Assembly: GCA_044892525.1 (NCBI GenBank)
Contig: CM097885.1
Span: 53,818,001-53,882,000, forward strand
From: Schmidtea polychroa
Taxonomy: Eukaryota
Direction: 5' to 3'
DNA: 64,000 bases
Of this stretch, positions 12,956-26,167 are shown piece by piece. Position numbers and translations under genes: made by a program. The notes beneath the pieces were generated by a model, which searched no databases, was not told the DNA's origin, and was given only the letters and a program-made list of their open reading frames with translations. How positions within the stretch are numbered: position 1 is the stretch's first letter; every line of letters begins with the position of its first letter.

Positions 12956-13449
12956 TTAGCAAATAAAATATTTACTATGAAAAATAAAAAATAAAAATAA
13001 TAAAATAAATGATCGCGGTATTATTTAAATATGCAATCAAGATATATAAACAAGACTTCATTTTGCTGTAATTTCAATTAATATTATTTATTTTTAATAT
13101 TTTTCATATAAATTTAGGAGTAAGATTTTGTATAAAAATTTAATTATACATTATAAAAATATAATAAGTAGCATCATTTAACTTTTTATTCTTTACCTTA
13201 AATATGTTTTCCTTTATGATTTCATTTATCTTCATTTAGTGTACGTCTAAAATTTAATATTTATTACAATTTAAAAGAGTGGAATTCAATAATTAGTACA
13301 GTGTTCAGACAATTTCAATTGAAATTTCCACCCGATTTAGCAACTTTATTGCAAAGAATTGCACTTTTATATGAATATTTAAATTATCTAAATATAAAGT
13401 AAAACTCAAAATATATTTTAGACTTACAAATTTAAAGTAGTAATTAATC

Positions 13450-13775
13450 TAACATAAAAAATGACTTTTCCTGAATTAGACCAACTCTCGGTGGAGATCC
13501 ACAAATCTTATCGAAAACAGGAAGCAGTAGTAAAATGTAAGTTTGTGCAGTCGGACCATTTACTATACAGCCCAGACCTTGAACTAGTGATTTTTGGTTG
13601 TTTAATCATCTGAAAAGAGATTTCACATGTAACATATTTAAATTAAAGGATAATTTGAAGGAAAATATCGAGAAATTTCTTACGAAGGATAAGAATTCTT
13701 CGAATGGCTTTCAAATCAACAGTGGAATGTTAGAAAAAGTGTATCAATATTAATGAAATATATTTTGAGAAATAA
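13450..13775 (+). mobile_element. mariner-family transposase C-terminal remnant
   Basis: YSPDLE.SDFWLFNHLKR at ~13567-13620 (mariner YSPDLAPxD motif) and a terminal EKCININE.YFEK*. Confidence 0.7.
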
Positions 13776-13933
13776 ATATTATGTATCTTTGTTGATAAAG
13801 AATTTAGTTTCATTAACCTTATTATTTCAATTCGAGTCTAATGACATGTTACCCATACCACATAAGTATTTTCTCCGCCTTCATTGCCCCAAATAATTTC
13901 TACCCCAGGTCCCCAGTCACTATATTAATGGAA

Positions 13934-14700
13934 TCAATAGAAATAATTTTTTAAGTAATGATTTTGCTTCAATAACAACAAATTTCTTTTCTTTTGGGGA
14001 GTTACATATTTCATTACATAACAACATTTTAACGCTAAAACTGCATCAGCCCTGGAAAACCATCTTGTATCTGACACTTTCTTTAATGTATAAGTCCCTT
14101 TATCTAATTTATTGCATAACATGTTCCATTGAATCGGTGATGCTGAGAAAAAACAAAAAAATTTTGCATGAATAAAAATTATCTCTACACATTACTACAA
14201 CTCTCTACAGCTACATTACCAACTAAATTAAGTGAATGACTAGAGCACGGAATAAAAGTTGCTGATGGAGCATGTTGTCTTATTTTTGTTGGTAGACCGT
14301 TGTACTTGCCTGACATATTTGCGGCATTGTCATACGACAATATTTAATATCTACTGGCAAATTTTTCAAGGTAGATAAACCTGTCTCTGCTAAATACTCC
14401 GCATCATGTCTTTCTATAGGGAAGAACATTAAAAGTCTTTCCTTAATATCCCCATTTTCTGATAAATAACGCACTACGAAGGTAAGTTGATCCACATGTA
14501 CAATATCGGGTGTAGAATCTAAAATGATACTATAATATTTTGAGCATTTTATTTCCTCCAAAATGTGTGCCATAAGAGAATCGGCAATTATTTTCAAAAG
14601 TTCATCACACGTCTGATGAGTCAAATAATTTACATGTCCCTGCCTTGATTACTATATTTTTGTAAATGCAATTTTAAAAATTAATTGCATACATTTAAAA
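13934..14700 (-). mobile_element. hAT transposase remnant (ZMYM1/DUF4371-like)
   Basis: YYSIILDSTPDIVHVDQLTFVVRY and TLKKVSDTRWFSRADAV motifs, frameshifted. Confidence 0.8.
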
Positions 14701-15371
14701 GATTTTCCATCAACAAGTTCTTTTAAAACCCAACAACATTATTATTATCCAACAATCAATTATGAATGGTGCACAAATCCTAGTTCCTTATTTTTGAACT
14801 TGTAATGTATTATATATTAGATTTTCATTATTAATAATTTCTTTGGTGAGATAAATTCCATATGAATCAAAATTTATTTTATAAATAAGAGAATATAAAA
14901 CCCAATGTGATCCTTACTCCAATGTTTGTAAATTAATTATTAAATTTTTATTTTTGTATATTAAAACTTCATCTCTCGTTACTAGCCTACAGTTTAAATT
15001 TAAATCTCGAATAATATCTCTCAAATTAAAATTTGTTTTTGTATCCTTTCCATATGTTTTTAAAAAGTCATTCATTTTTTAAAAAACTAAACCTGTCGAA
15101 TATCACTTGCGCTTAGACCTGACGAAGATGTAAACTGGTTGATTATCAGTTGAGTGTTCTCGCGTCTGTGTGCGTTTTCAGCTTGGAGTTTTGGTTTGAA
15201 TTGTGTGCGCACACAGACGGGGTCAATTGTCGAATTATTATTTTAGGTTTTCGAATTTCTGGAATTTTTGTAGATTTTGATTTTGTTTAAATTTTAAAGA
15301 GTGGTTGTGAAATTTGAATTTGTGATTCGTTTTAATAAAATTGATATTCGGATTTTCGTGAACTTTCTTTA

Positions 15372-16004
15372 ATGGCTTCAATTAATACAGATAATTACTA
15401 TGATCATAAATGCAACAGGGAAGTTCACACATCTCAGGATGGTAAATGTGTGACTTGCAATGATGGATTTATTGAAAGAATTGAATCTAATAACTCAATG
15501 GAAAATGATGATGATGCCTTGAATGTTTTTCATATTATTCGTCATAACTCAATGGAAAGTGATGATGATGCCTTGAATGTTTTTCATATAATTTGTCATA
15601 TTCCTGGTGGAAGTACTACAAACAAAACTGATGGTTACTTTTTTATGACTCCAAGAGATCCTGATAACAGAAATAGTGTTTTTGGCCAACTAATGTCAAA
15701 TATATTTGGTGGATTGCTGCTGATGGATTTTAGATCAGAGTCGTCTCATTACATAGTTTCAGATCAAAGTTTCGACAATATTGTAACGAGTATTATGAAT
15801 CAATTTGAACAGAGTGGTCCTCCAACAGCAAATGAGGCAGATATTCAGAAATTACAAGTCAAGAAAATCACCACAGCAAATGATACAGGTTCCATTTGTC
15901 TGTCAGATTATGAGGTGGCCGATGAAGTGTACGAGTTGCTCTGTCAGCATAGATACCCTGTTCAGTGCCGAGAAACGTGGATGATCAAACATAAACTAAA
16001 TTAA
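15372..16004 (+). pseudogene. Intronless RNF126/RNF115-like E3 ligase copy with a degenerate, truncated RING-H2
   Basis: N-terminal zinc ribbon (YYDHKC...CVTCNDGFIERI), GPP-A linker, then GSICLSDY...LLCQHRYPVQCRETW. Several Zn ligands are lost and the final CxxC is missing. 54-bp internal tandem duplication near 15490-15600. Confidence 0.7.
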
Positions 16005-16416
16005 ATTGTTTCTCCATTGAAATTCAAAAAATTATTATTTTGATCAACAATTTTGAAAGATGTGGATTCAATTATTTTCATGATTGTTGGTAAATAAGTA
16101 GGACTGTTTATTATTTGAAAGATTCTATATCCATGGGGTACAGTTCCATATGAAAAATTATACAGATAATTATTCCGTTTTCCATCTTGATATGTTCCTT
16201 TTAATAAATCACAAGATTAATAAATTTTATATTACTTATTTTAATAGATGATAATAGATGATAGAATAACATGATTCTCCAAATTCTAATAAATCATTTA
16301 ATTTTTTAAAATAAATACAAAAACCTGTTGCTATAAAAGACATATTTAAAAATGTATAGGTTATTCAATTTCTTTTTCATTTACTTTTTTACACCACGAT
16401 TTATATTGTTCTAGTT

Positions 16417-18400
16417 CAGTGGTTCCTAACTTTTTTTACATCGCGACACACTATTGAGCTCTTTAAAATTTTACGGTACACTTATCATAAAAAATAAATA
16501 TTCTCTACTCATAAAGACTTTGAAATTAAATAACATAAAACAAAAAAGATCATATAAGGAAAATTTTTATCCACATGAATACAACATATTCTGTATTCAG
16601 TACCAGGTATAGAATAATAATGGTGAATGTAAGTGGGACATTTGTACCTCGCGCTTCTTTACTACTGCTACAATTTGTGGCTGAATGTGAGAAAGACATA
16701 CTCTTAACTCGTCTTCAATGTATTTAAGTCTTTCACGATTTTTATTTTTGTTTAGGTAAGACAATGCCAGTTCATATAGGTATAAAGTTTAGAATTGCAG
16801 TAAGACTGATGGTTTTTTTTACTAAGAGTTGGATACTCTTTCATAACAGAAATCCAAAAGGCGTCTTATGGTAATTGTGCGCACTTAAAATTGAGTCCGC
16901 GATCTCTGGAAAGACTCGCTAGTTCTTCCTTTTCACATAACTCAAAGTTGGAAAGGTTAATGATCGATAAATCTAAGAAAGAATTGCGATTCCAATCAAA
17001 TTCTTCAATGCTGATTGAGAGATAATATTCTTCAATTTTATTTTCCAAAATTGTCAAATGCTCACTAATGACAATCATCTTGGTAACGCAAGTTTTACGA
17101 ACTGATGGAAATATATCCAAATCGATTACGATCATTTTTGTCTTCCATATTGCAATTTCTTTCTTAAAGGTAGCTAATTTATCTGTTGCCGTAAGAATAT
17201 TTTCATTTCTACCTTGCATATTGCTATTCAGACTATTGAGATATTCAAATATCCCACTTAAGTACTCTATTTTGGACATTCACAATTCATTTTTAAGGAA
17301 TTTACAAAATCTATCAAGCTTCTCATTTTCAAAAAGATAAAAAGTTCTTTATGAAGCTCAATTACGCGAGATAGCAGCTTTTCTTTAAATAACCATCTTA
17401 TGCCTGTGTGTAATAGTAAACGAACATATTGAGAATCCATATCCTTGCACAGCAACTCAAAAGATTCTGAACTTCAACGGATGAGTTTTTATGAAATTTA
17501 CAATTTCAATTACGTCCTTTAGTTTATTTTGTGTTATCTTTAAAACTAATACTTCTCTGTGTAAAAAACAATGAGTTTGCACGATGTTAAGATTCTCTTT
17601 TTCCACTAAAGATGCAAAACATTTAACAGAACCAACCATTGATGGTACTCCATCGGTAAATATTCCCACACATAAATTCAAGGATTGTGATTGTAATATC
17701 TTGACCTTGGGGGTAACTGTTTGCAGCATAGAAATTGATGAATTATGGCATTATCATGGATAACATGTAAAAATCCAATCAACTGTGTAGAGTTACTGAT
17801 GTCAGTGGATTCATCGATTTGGAGAGCAAAGAGACTATTTTGAAATTTGTATAATACACTTTTCTCAATATTATCAAGTAATTCAAGAATCGTTCTTTGA
17901 ATTCTATTGTTTGGAAGAGGGATCTTGCGATTTTTCTTGTTCGGCCTTGTTGTCAAGCATAATTTCCATCATCCTTTTGCATGCTTGAAGGATCATTGAT
18001 TCTGCAAAAACATGAGACTTCGATTTAAGAGTAACAATTAAATAGTTGACTTTGCCTTGCATTTGATTCTAAAATAATCGACATTTTTAATTTGGAAATT
18101 AGGATGATTTGTAGTATTACTTGGAACCATTGCTTCATTAGACAGTGTTTGGCCACACACACAACACAGCGAAGAAAGAACATGTGTATCTCCACTCCAG
18201 TGAAACGTAAATTTCAAGTAGTCATCATTATAAAACCGTTGTAACTTTTATTTTTTAAATGAAGTTGTACAATTATTCTTGTTACCATTGCCTTTTCTTT
18301 TCATAAACTGTTTATCATATTTTAAATTCAATTTTAAATTCAAATATCAGCGCGGTCTCATGATTAAGAAATTCCATCTATTATCTTTTCGCGGCCCACC
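16417..18400 (-). mobile_element. Decayed hAT (Buster/ZBED8/SCAND3-like) DNA transposon
   Basis: cagtggttcc terminus at 16417. Frameshifted FALQIDESTDIS, FTDGVPSM.G, THCFLHRE, LLLHTGIRWL, YLSGIFEYLN pieces. Confidence 0.85.
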
Positions 18401-18420
18401 AGTAATCATTCTGCAGCATA

Positions 18421-19100
18421 CTAATTTGGAAAGCTTACCTTATTTGCCGTGAAAACATCTTGGAATAGGGTTTGAATTGTTGAAAATAAAGCACTTAATT
18501 CATATGCTCCAGAAGGTATATTTATATCAAAAGAAGAAAAATACATGTTCCAATGTAATTTTATTTTATTATTTTTATGTGTAACATTGTGTATATTATT
18601 ATAAACTGTAAACCATTGCAATCCGATTTCATAATGAAATTCTTATTTCAAGTTTAAATGCATTGAAAATCTGGTTGTAAATTCTGAAGATTAATTATTA
18701 AAAGAAAAAGTTGTTGAATTCTTTGTTAATAAATAATTAATTTATTTTTCAATTTTTTCATCCATTTATCCTATGTTAAATTTGTAATCATTTGCCCATT
18801 TTTCAATTGAATATCCACTTCTTTTTCAACTAGTATTACACAAAAATAGTTTGGTTTAAACTCGTTATTCTTTTCGACATTAATCGTAACGTTTACTCCA
18901 TTCAAAGATAGTTTTTCATCTTGATCTGAAACATCTAAACAAAATATTGAATACAAATCTTTAAAATCAGTCATGTTTAATTATATATCTACTTTAAAAG
19001 CATTACATACATCAACATATGCTGAATATGGTTTTGTTTGATAATTATCTTTCAAACGAAATGTCATTGAATCTAGATTCTCATATGATAAATCAGAAAT
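18421..19100 (-). mobile_element. Polinton/Maverick-like capsid gene remnants (major capsid C-terminus followed by minor capsid N-terminus)
   Basis: FKDLYSIFCLDVSDQDEKL resembles the double jelly-roll MCP C-terminus. It is followed by SSEFTTRF...YEIGLQWFTVYNNIHNV...NNKI...INIPSGAYEL, resembling the penton N-terminus. Assigned from recalled motifs only. Confidence 0.55.
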
Positions 19101-19508
19101 TTCCTCCAATAAAGGTCAGTTTTCTTTAACTAACTGTTACCGACACCAAAAATTTCACTTTTAAATACCAGATTCAAGACTTGCAAATTCAATATATTAA
19201 TATTGTTATTGATTATTTAGTTAAGTGGTTATTGTGTAAAATCATTTTATACGACAGTTTTATTTCAAACATAACAGCTTTATTTAAATAATTTAATAGG
19301 TCTCTTAATGATCTGTAATCTCTAATGTATTATAAATCTAACAAATTAATTTATTTTAAGACTTGACAAATTAATTAACTAGTTTAAAAAGTTTATACAA
19401 AACTGGTTGATTTTAATTTAAATTTGCACATATACTTGAAAATATAATGAATATAAATTCAATTTATTTCTTGTAATAGAAAATTTAAAATAATTCATCT
19501 TTGATTAC

Positions 19509-20324
19509 TGTTGGGAGGTTCCTGTTGTTATGAGTGTTGTTTGTTGTTTTTAATTAATTCTTCGTGTAAAAAATAAATACTGTAGATATAAATGCTGTAA
19601 TGCCCAGTCGAGTCTCCATTAAATAAACTGTCTCGGAATAGCTGGGGTGAATGTGTGTAATGTGAACTACAGATAAATTAAAAATAATATAAAAAAATAT
19701 AACAAACAATAACTATTTTTCAACCTAAAACTTTTATTTGTGAAACAATAAAAGAAGATCCTTCGTTATTTTATTTTTGTATTTATTTTCACGATTTTCG
19801 TGTTGGGTGGAATGTCGGATTACCGGAGAATAATCTAGGTCTAGTAATCGGATTTTTTAGATTTCCTCTATTAATCTTCGGCTTCCTTATTATAATACTA
19901 AATAATTGAATTCTTTTGTCGGTGGATTGTCGGATTGCCGGAGAATAATTTAGGTCTAATAATTGAATATTTTAAATTTTCTCTTTATTAGTCTTCGGCT
20001 TCCTTAGTATAATATTAAATAACTGAATTCTTTTTTAACCTTCTCGAAATTAATACTTTATTTTTGTTACTCCTTAGATTTTTGTTGAGCTTCCCGAAAT
20101 TAATCTTTTAAAATAATTTTCTATTTAGCTACTTTATTGGTTTATTACTTTATTAATGATTATTTTTTGTCTTCAATTTTCTATACCGATAATCTACTAT
20201 AGTAAATTATCGCTATATAGTTTTTTTTAAAATTTTTCCTACGTGTAACACGTGGTGATTAAAATTACAATCCACATTAAATTATAATAAACAATAAAAA
20301 AATGTAATATCACAATACATTACA
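19509..20324 (-). mobile_element. Solo LTR of a Gypsy family related to the 50105-56255 element
   Basis: TG...CA ends and 5-bp TSD attac (19504-19508, 20325-20329). 5' end tgtaatgtattgtgat is identical to the 50105 LTR start. Internal ~110-bp tandem duplication at ~19809-20036. Confidence 0.85.
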
Positions 20325-20914
20325 ATTACCATCATTTTATCAATAATCTAGTTGGTTGGTTATTAATAATTTAGTATTATGTTAATTGAGTGTTAACTAT
20401 TTGTTAGTAATCAATTCAAAGAAGGAAGTTAAGAAAATCTTTTGTGAATAACTTAAATTAAGTTAAATTCTTTCATAACGCTGAGTGATTATCGACAAGT
20501 TAAACAAACTGCTTTGCCGTTAAAACAATCCATAAAATACTAAAATATCCATTCGCCATTGAACTGATAATTCTCTTCATCAACCTTACACTTTTTGGTT
20601 CCAATTTTCGACAGCTTTGTTGTAGTCATGTTAATTTAGAATCTAAATTTAAGATATTAATAACACATTGCAGTCCGCGGACAAATAATATAAATAATAT
20701 AAACATGTACTGAAATATTGTAAATATGAAGTAGTAATAACTAACAATTATATACATAAAGTTACAACAATTGGTTCCATCTAAAGATTTTATTAATATT
20801 AACACAGAGTGATCACTCTTAAATAGTAATGTATATTGCGTAATAACTAACACATTGTATTGAATTACGCAATATACTCTGAACTTCTTCACATTTGGTC
20901 CTTGGCCTCTCCCC

Positions 20915-23900
20915 TTCATAAGATTGATGCCATCTCTTTAACCATTCGATTCGTCGGTGCCGCGTCGTATCTGGATATTGCAATTCAACTTGATGATCTG
21001 AAACAAATCTAAGAATTTTATATGGACCATCATATTGAATATCATTTTTGTTTCTTCTATGTGGTTCTCGTCTTACTAGTACCTCCTCCCCCACTTCAAA
21101 ATGTCGTTTAATTCTTTTGTCTTTTTCGAATGTTTTCATCTTCCGCGCAGCTTGCTTGTTATTCTTTTGTGCTTCTTCCGAAATATCGTGTCTTGATGTT
21201 TGAGTCTAGAATTAGCGTGTAACTTTATTTTCCGTCCATATACTATCTCAAATGGTGAATATTTTGTAGAACTTTGATAAGTTGCATTTATACTGAATTC
21301 AATTCGAGGCAGCAGTTCGTGCCACTGTTTTTCAGCACAGCCCCCTTTCATCGTAGTCACAAGTAAATCTCTCATTGTTCTGATAGCTCTTTCCACTAAG
21401 CCATTCGACTGATGTTGATATGGCGAGGTGAATTCTTACTTTATTCCAAGTTGTTCTAATTTTTCCTTAAAATATTTGCTTTCCAAATTTCGCCCTCTGT
21501 CTGTCAATATACTTAGAGGTTTACCATATTTGTAAATCCAATTGTTCATTAGCGTCTTCAAAATAGTTTTTCCATCTTGGTTTGCTGTAGCCGTTAGACT
21601 TACTAATTTGCTAAACCTATCAATAATAACGATAACATACTTTTTGTCGGTTGAAGTTCTCTCCATGAAAGCAACATCCATCACAATCTGTTCTAGAAAT
21701 TCAGAACTTTCGTGTGGAATTAAAATTTCCTTTGTCCTCCCTTGGTATATTTTCCTTCTTGCACATGTGACACATCGTTTTACTATCTCTTTGACAGTTT
21801 CTTGCATTTTCGGCCAGAAAAAAATCCCTTCCAAATAATGAAACAGTTTCTTAATTCCAACGTGACATAAATCTTCATGTATTTTAATCACTAGTTTAGA
21901 TTGATAGCTTTTTGGGATTATCACTAGATCTATTTTGTCTGATTCCAATACAAGCATATCATCCGATATCTTTAATCGATCTTTATATCTGAATAAAAAA
22001 CTATTTAGAAACGATTCCTTCCGAAAATCTATCTGATTCTTAAGAATTTCCATCACTTCCTGGAACAATTTATCTTTCTTCTGTTCTTCCATTATTTCTA
22101 ACATTGTCTGTGTTTTTTGTATCAAATTGATATATCTTACTCTTGACCTTTCTTGTTTATGTTGTACATGTGCTGTCTGACACTGTGCACATAAACTACC
22201 CTCGATCCTTGATAATCCATCTGCGTTTGCATGTTCTTCGCCTTTCCGGTATTTCAATTGGAAATCGTATTCCGATAGATTGGCCATCCATGTCTGAAAT
22301 TGTGGACTTATTGCTTTTTTATTCGTGTTCATAAATACTAAAGCTTTGTGATCTGTTCGAGCCACGAATTCTTTCCCGTATAAATACTGTCTAAAATATA
22401 AAACATATTCATGCAATGCCAACAACTCTTTCCTTGTTACGCAGTATCCCTTTTCATGGGCCGTCAGATTTCTTGAACCGTATGCGATAACTACTTCTGA
22501 ACCGTCTTCTTTTATTTGACTCAAGACTGCTCCAATAGCTTCAAAACTGGCATCAGTATCCAAAATAAATTTACGGTCTATACGAGGAAAATCAAGAATA
22601 GGTGCTTGTGTTAAGGCTTCTTTAAGTTGTTTAAAACTGTTTTCACAATTTTCTGACCATTCGATTGTTTTATCACAACTTGACGCTGCTGCATGTAGGG
22701 GTGCTGCTATTTTGGCATAATCTTTGACAAATCGTCTATAGTAATTTGTCAAACCTAGAAAAGATCGAAGTTGTTTAGCACACTGTGGTTTCGTCGCTTC
22801 TGTAATTGACTTGATCTTCTCTGAATTTGTCTGTATTCCATCTTCAATGATGGTGTGGCCAAGGAATTTTAATTTGGTTTTGTAAATTTCGCACTTCTCC
22901 GGATTTATTCTTAGTCCTGTTTTTTTTATTCTTTTGAAAACTTCTCGCAATCGCTCATCATGTTCAGACTGGTCCTTGCCATATACCAGAATATCGTCTA
23001 AATAAACAATTGCTCCATTAAACAATATATCCTCTAACATCGTGTGCATTAATCGCTGAAATGTTGCTGGAGCCGTTGATAATCCAAATGGAAGTCGATT
23101 GAAACAAAATTGACCTTCTTTGGAACTAAAATCCGTTTTTTCTTGTGCTTCTTCTGTTAATGCGACCTGATAGTATGCTTGTCCAAGATCTAAAGAAGAA
23201 AAGAATTTAGATCCTGATAGGTTGTCGAGTTATTGGGATATGTTGGGCATAGGAAAAGATTCTCTTTCTGTCATCTTATTCAACTCTCGATAATCTACGC
23301 ACATTCTTATTTAGCCGTCTTTCTTTCCTACCACAGCCAATGGGGAGCTCCATGGACTTTTACAGCGTCTTATAACTCCAGCTTTTGTTAACTCTTTTAT
23401 CATATCGTCAATTTTCTGTTCTAGATGCATCGGTTGTCGTCTTGGAAATTGCATTGTTGGATTCCCAGATGTATTAATTTCGTGCTCTACGATTCTTGTG
23501 AATCCTAAATCAAATCTGGCTGCCATAAATATTGAGCCGAATTCATCTAATAATTTGTTAATTGTTGGCAATTCATTTCTTCCCAATTCCTTTTTTGCTT
23601 TTTGTCTTCTCTCGTCATCAGTATAATTGCTAATCTTTGTTTCGGATTCGATATTGTTAATTTCCATCAACTGCACTCCAAATGCTTTCAAAGTATCTAT
23701 CCCACCAATAAAACCTGGAAATATATTTTTAATAACAATTATTTTGATAGTCCTCATCTTATTGTGCCAATAAACATTTACTTCTGTACATCCCTGTGGT
23801 TTTTGAGTTCCTGGAAAAACTCCACATATTTCGATTTCACTGCTGCTTAAACGTGGACTGCCAATTTTATGCCATGTTTCCTCATTCATCACTGTAATTG

Positions 23901-23988
23901 AAGCTCCAGAATCCCACAACATCTCAATCTCAACATCATTTATCATCATCTTGCTCCATTCTCTTCCATCTGACGTCGCATACCTCAT
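20915..23988 (-). pseudogene. pol: Gypsy Pol (PR-RT-RNaseH-IN), disrupted
   Basis: LWDSGAS, YLDDIL, DTDASF, HEDLCH...C..C, ILTDRG, SNGLVER, spread over broken ORFs. Confidence 0.88.
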
Positions 23989-24020
23989 TCTCTCTGTTCT
24001 GTCATTCCGATTTTCTTCCT

Positions 24021-25175
24021 TTACAACCCCATTGACGAAATGTATGCAATAGAGTTCCTCGTGTTTTTTTCAGTTTCCACATCATGAATTGCATAATCAT
24101 TAATTGATTCTCTTGTTTCTGCATCATCCGAGTAATTTCTTCCGTTTTCTTCGTCATGCACACAAGCTATCATTTTCTTGTTCTCATAGTTCTGTTGTTC
24201 TTTCCTTCTTAATAAATAACAATCACGAAAATTATGCCCTCCCTTACCACATATCAAACATTTATCTTTTAGTGGACATTCATATCTTCTGTGCCCATAT
24301 TCGCCACAGCAAAAACATTGGCCTGACTGTAATTCGCCGTTTCTTGGATCAGGAAGGCCTCTAGATCGATTGTATAATCTCTTGGCAATGTGTTTAAGCG
24401 AAACCGTTGGTGTCCTTCTCTGCACATTCCGTTCGACTGTGTGATTCATTTCGTTATTTCTGTTATACGAATTATCTGATAAATTCTCTCTTCTGTAATT
24501 TCCTTGGTTTCTTAATACATTGGTGTTACTTCCATTTGTTTCTCTTGTAAAAGTTTCTGAATTTCTTCTCCTTGTTGCTTCCGCGTAACTACTCTTCTTT
24601 ATTACCATAATTTCTTCCGTCTTTTCTTTTGATTCAACTTTTTCGTAAATTTTGGCCAGTTGATTTCGTTCTTCTGCTGTCATCGCTGGTTTCATTGTTA
24701 GAGCATCCTTTAATCTTCTGTCTCTGACGCGTCCAGTTATAATTTCATTGGCAATCTCCTCTACCCTCATTCCTGAATTAATAACTTCACTTACTAATTT
24801 CAATACCCTGATTTCGAAGGTTGCATATCTCTCATTTTCCTCTTGTCTAATTGCAGCAAGTTCTTTAATCTTGTCTATAATAGTCAATTTAATTGTAAAT
24901 GTTTCGGAAAACCATTCTTTAGCTGCTTTATCTGTTGTTTTTTCTGTTTTGAAATTTTTCCACAGTGTAGCCGCTTCATCACAAAGGAGAAAATCGAATG
25001 CTTCGGTCCTCTTCAAATCATTTCTAGCGATCCAATCATCAATTGCCTGTATCCATTTTTCAGCTTCCTTGGTACATCTGCCGTCGTATCTTCTAATCTC
25101 CATATCCAAGAGTTCTTGCGCACGTTTCGGTAGCGCGTCTCTTGCAGACTTTTTCCCTTCTCCTCGAGTCGTCAT
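24021..25175 (-). CDS. gag: Gypsy Gag with two CCHC zinc knuckles
   Basis: CFCCGEYGHRRYEC and CLICGKGGHNFRDC in a 384-aa ORF directly after the PBS. Confidence 0.88.
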   Translation of the reverse strand: MTTRGEGKKSARDALPKRAQELLDMEIRRYDGRCTKEAEKWIQAIDDWIARNDLKRTEAFDFLLCDEAATLWKNFKTEKTTDKAAKEWFSETFTIKLTIIDKIKELAAIRQEENERYATFEIRVLKLVSEVINSGMRVEEIANEIITGRVRDRRLKDALTMKPAMTAEERNQLAKIYEKVESKEKTEEIMVIKKSSYAEATRRRNSETFTRETNGSNTNVLRNQGNYRRENLSDNSYNRNNEMNHTVERNVQRRTPTVSLKHIAKRLYNRSRGLPDPRNGELQSGQCFCCGEYGHRRYECPLKDKCLICGKGGHNFRDCYLLRRKEQQNYENKKMIACVHDEENGRNYSDDAETRESINDYAIHDVETEKNTRNSIAYISSMGL

Positions 25176-26167
25176 TGTGTGAACATTTTCGGCGTGGTCG
25201 CCAGTTACAACAATTGGTTACATCTAAAGATTTTATTAATATTAACACAGAGTGATCACTCTTAAATAGTAATGTATATTGCGTAATAACTAACACATTG
25301 TATTGAATTACGCAATATACTCTGAACTTCTTCACATTTGGTCCTTGGCCTCTAACGTAATATCATTACTCATAATATATAACACGGGTTCCAAACCGGG
25401 GGTCTATGGACCCCATAGAGCACGGGTTCCCAGCCGGGGGTCTATGGACCCCATAGGGGTACGTGGAGCACTCCTATAGGGTACGAGAAGCGCGGCCGGT
25501 AAGGATTTTTGTCTCGAATTTTTATTGATAATATTTCATTGTTTTAAAATTTAGTAACAAACAAAAATCGCAATTTTTTTGAACACGGTTCGGTTTTTTC
25601 AAAGTAAATTTCCTAAAACTAAATACAATAACAAATATGTACATATGGTTTTCTTATTTTTGAAATAATAAATAAGTCGTTATATGAAAAAGCATTAATA
25701 GTCTTTGAAATTTTGGTTGTCATAGAAAAGACATATATATAACAGCAAAATAGTAAGAAGATTCATTATAAAAACTACTTGTAAGGATTTGGTTATATCT
25801 ATAACGGGTTTCAATTTATTTGGGTAGTTACAATAAATAAACCAGTGCATATTTAATTGTCTTAGTTTTAAGAAATAATTATTTTTTATTATCGACAGCT
25901 AACCCATACTGTCACAATGTCAAAGAAGCGTTGTTATCAGGACTCATATATTCAATTCGGTTTCACTTTCTTAGTTGACAAAGATGGATTGGAAAGGCCA
26001 CAATGCATACTTTGCTCGAAATTACTTAGTAATGGTTATATGAGTTATGATGTCCTTAACTTCTAAATTCATAAAATAAATCAATAATAATTCAATAAAA
26101 TATATTTTTCAAAAACACGCTAAAACGAATATTATTCAAACAAAACTTTACATAACTCTCCCCTTCT

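Larger units (their letters stand above)
20760..25353 (-). mobile_element. Full-length Ty3/Gypsy element with ~150-bp LTRs, inactivated
   Basis: LTRs 20760-20910 and 25203-25353 (1 mismatch seen), PBS TGGCGACCACG next to the 5' LTR, PPT gaagggga, gag-PR-RT-RH-IN order. In-frame stops near 23311, 23230 and 21436 and a frameshift near 21140. No clear TSD. Confidence 0.92.
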
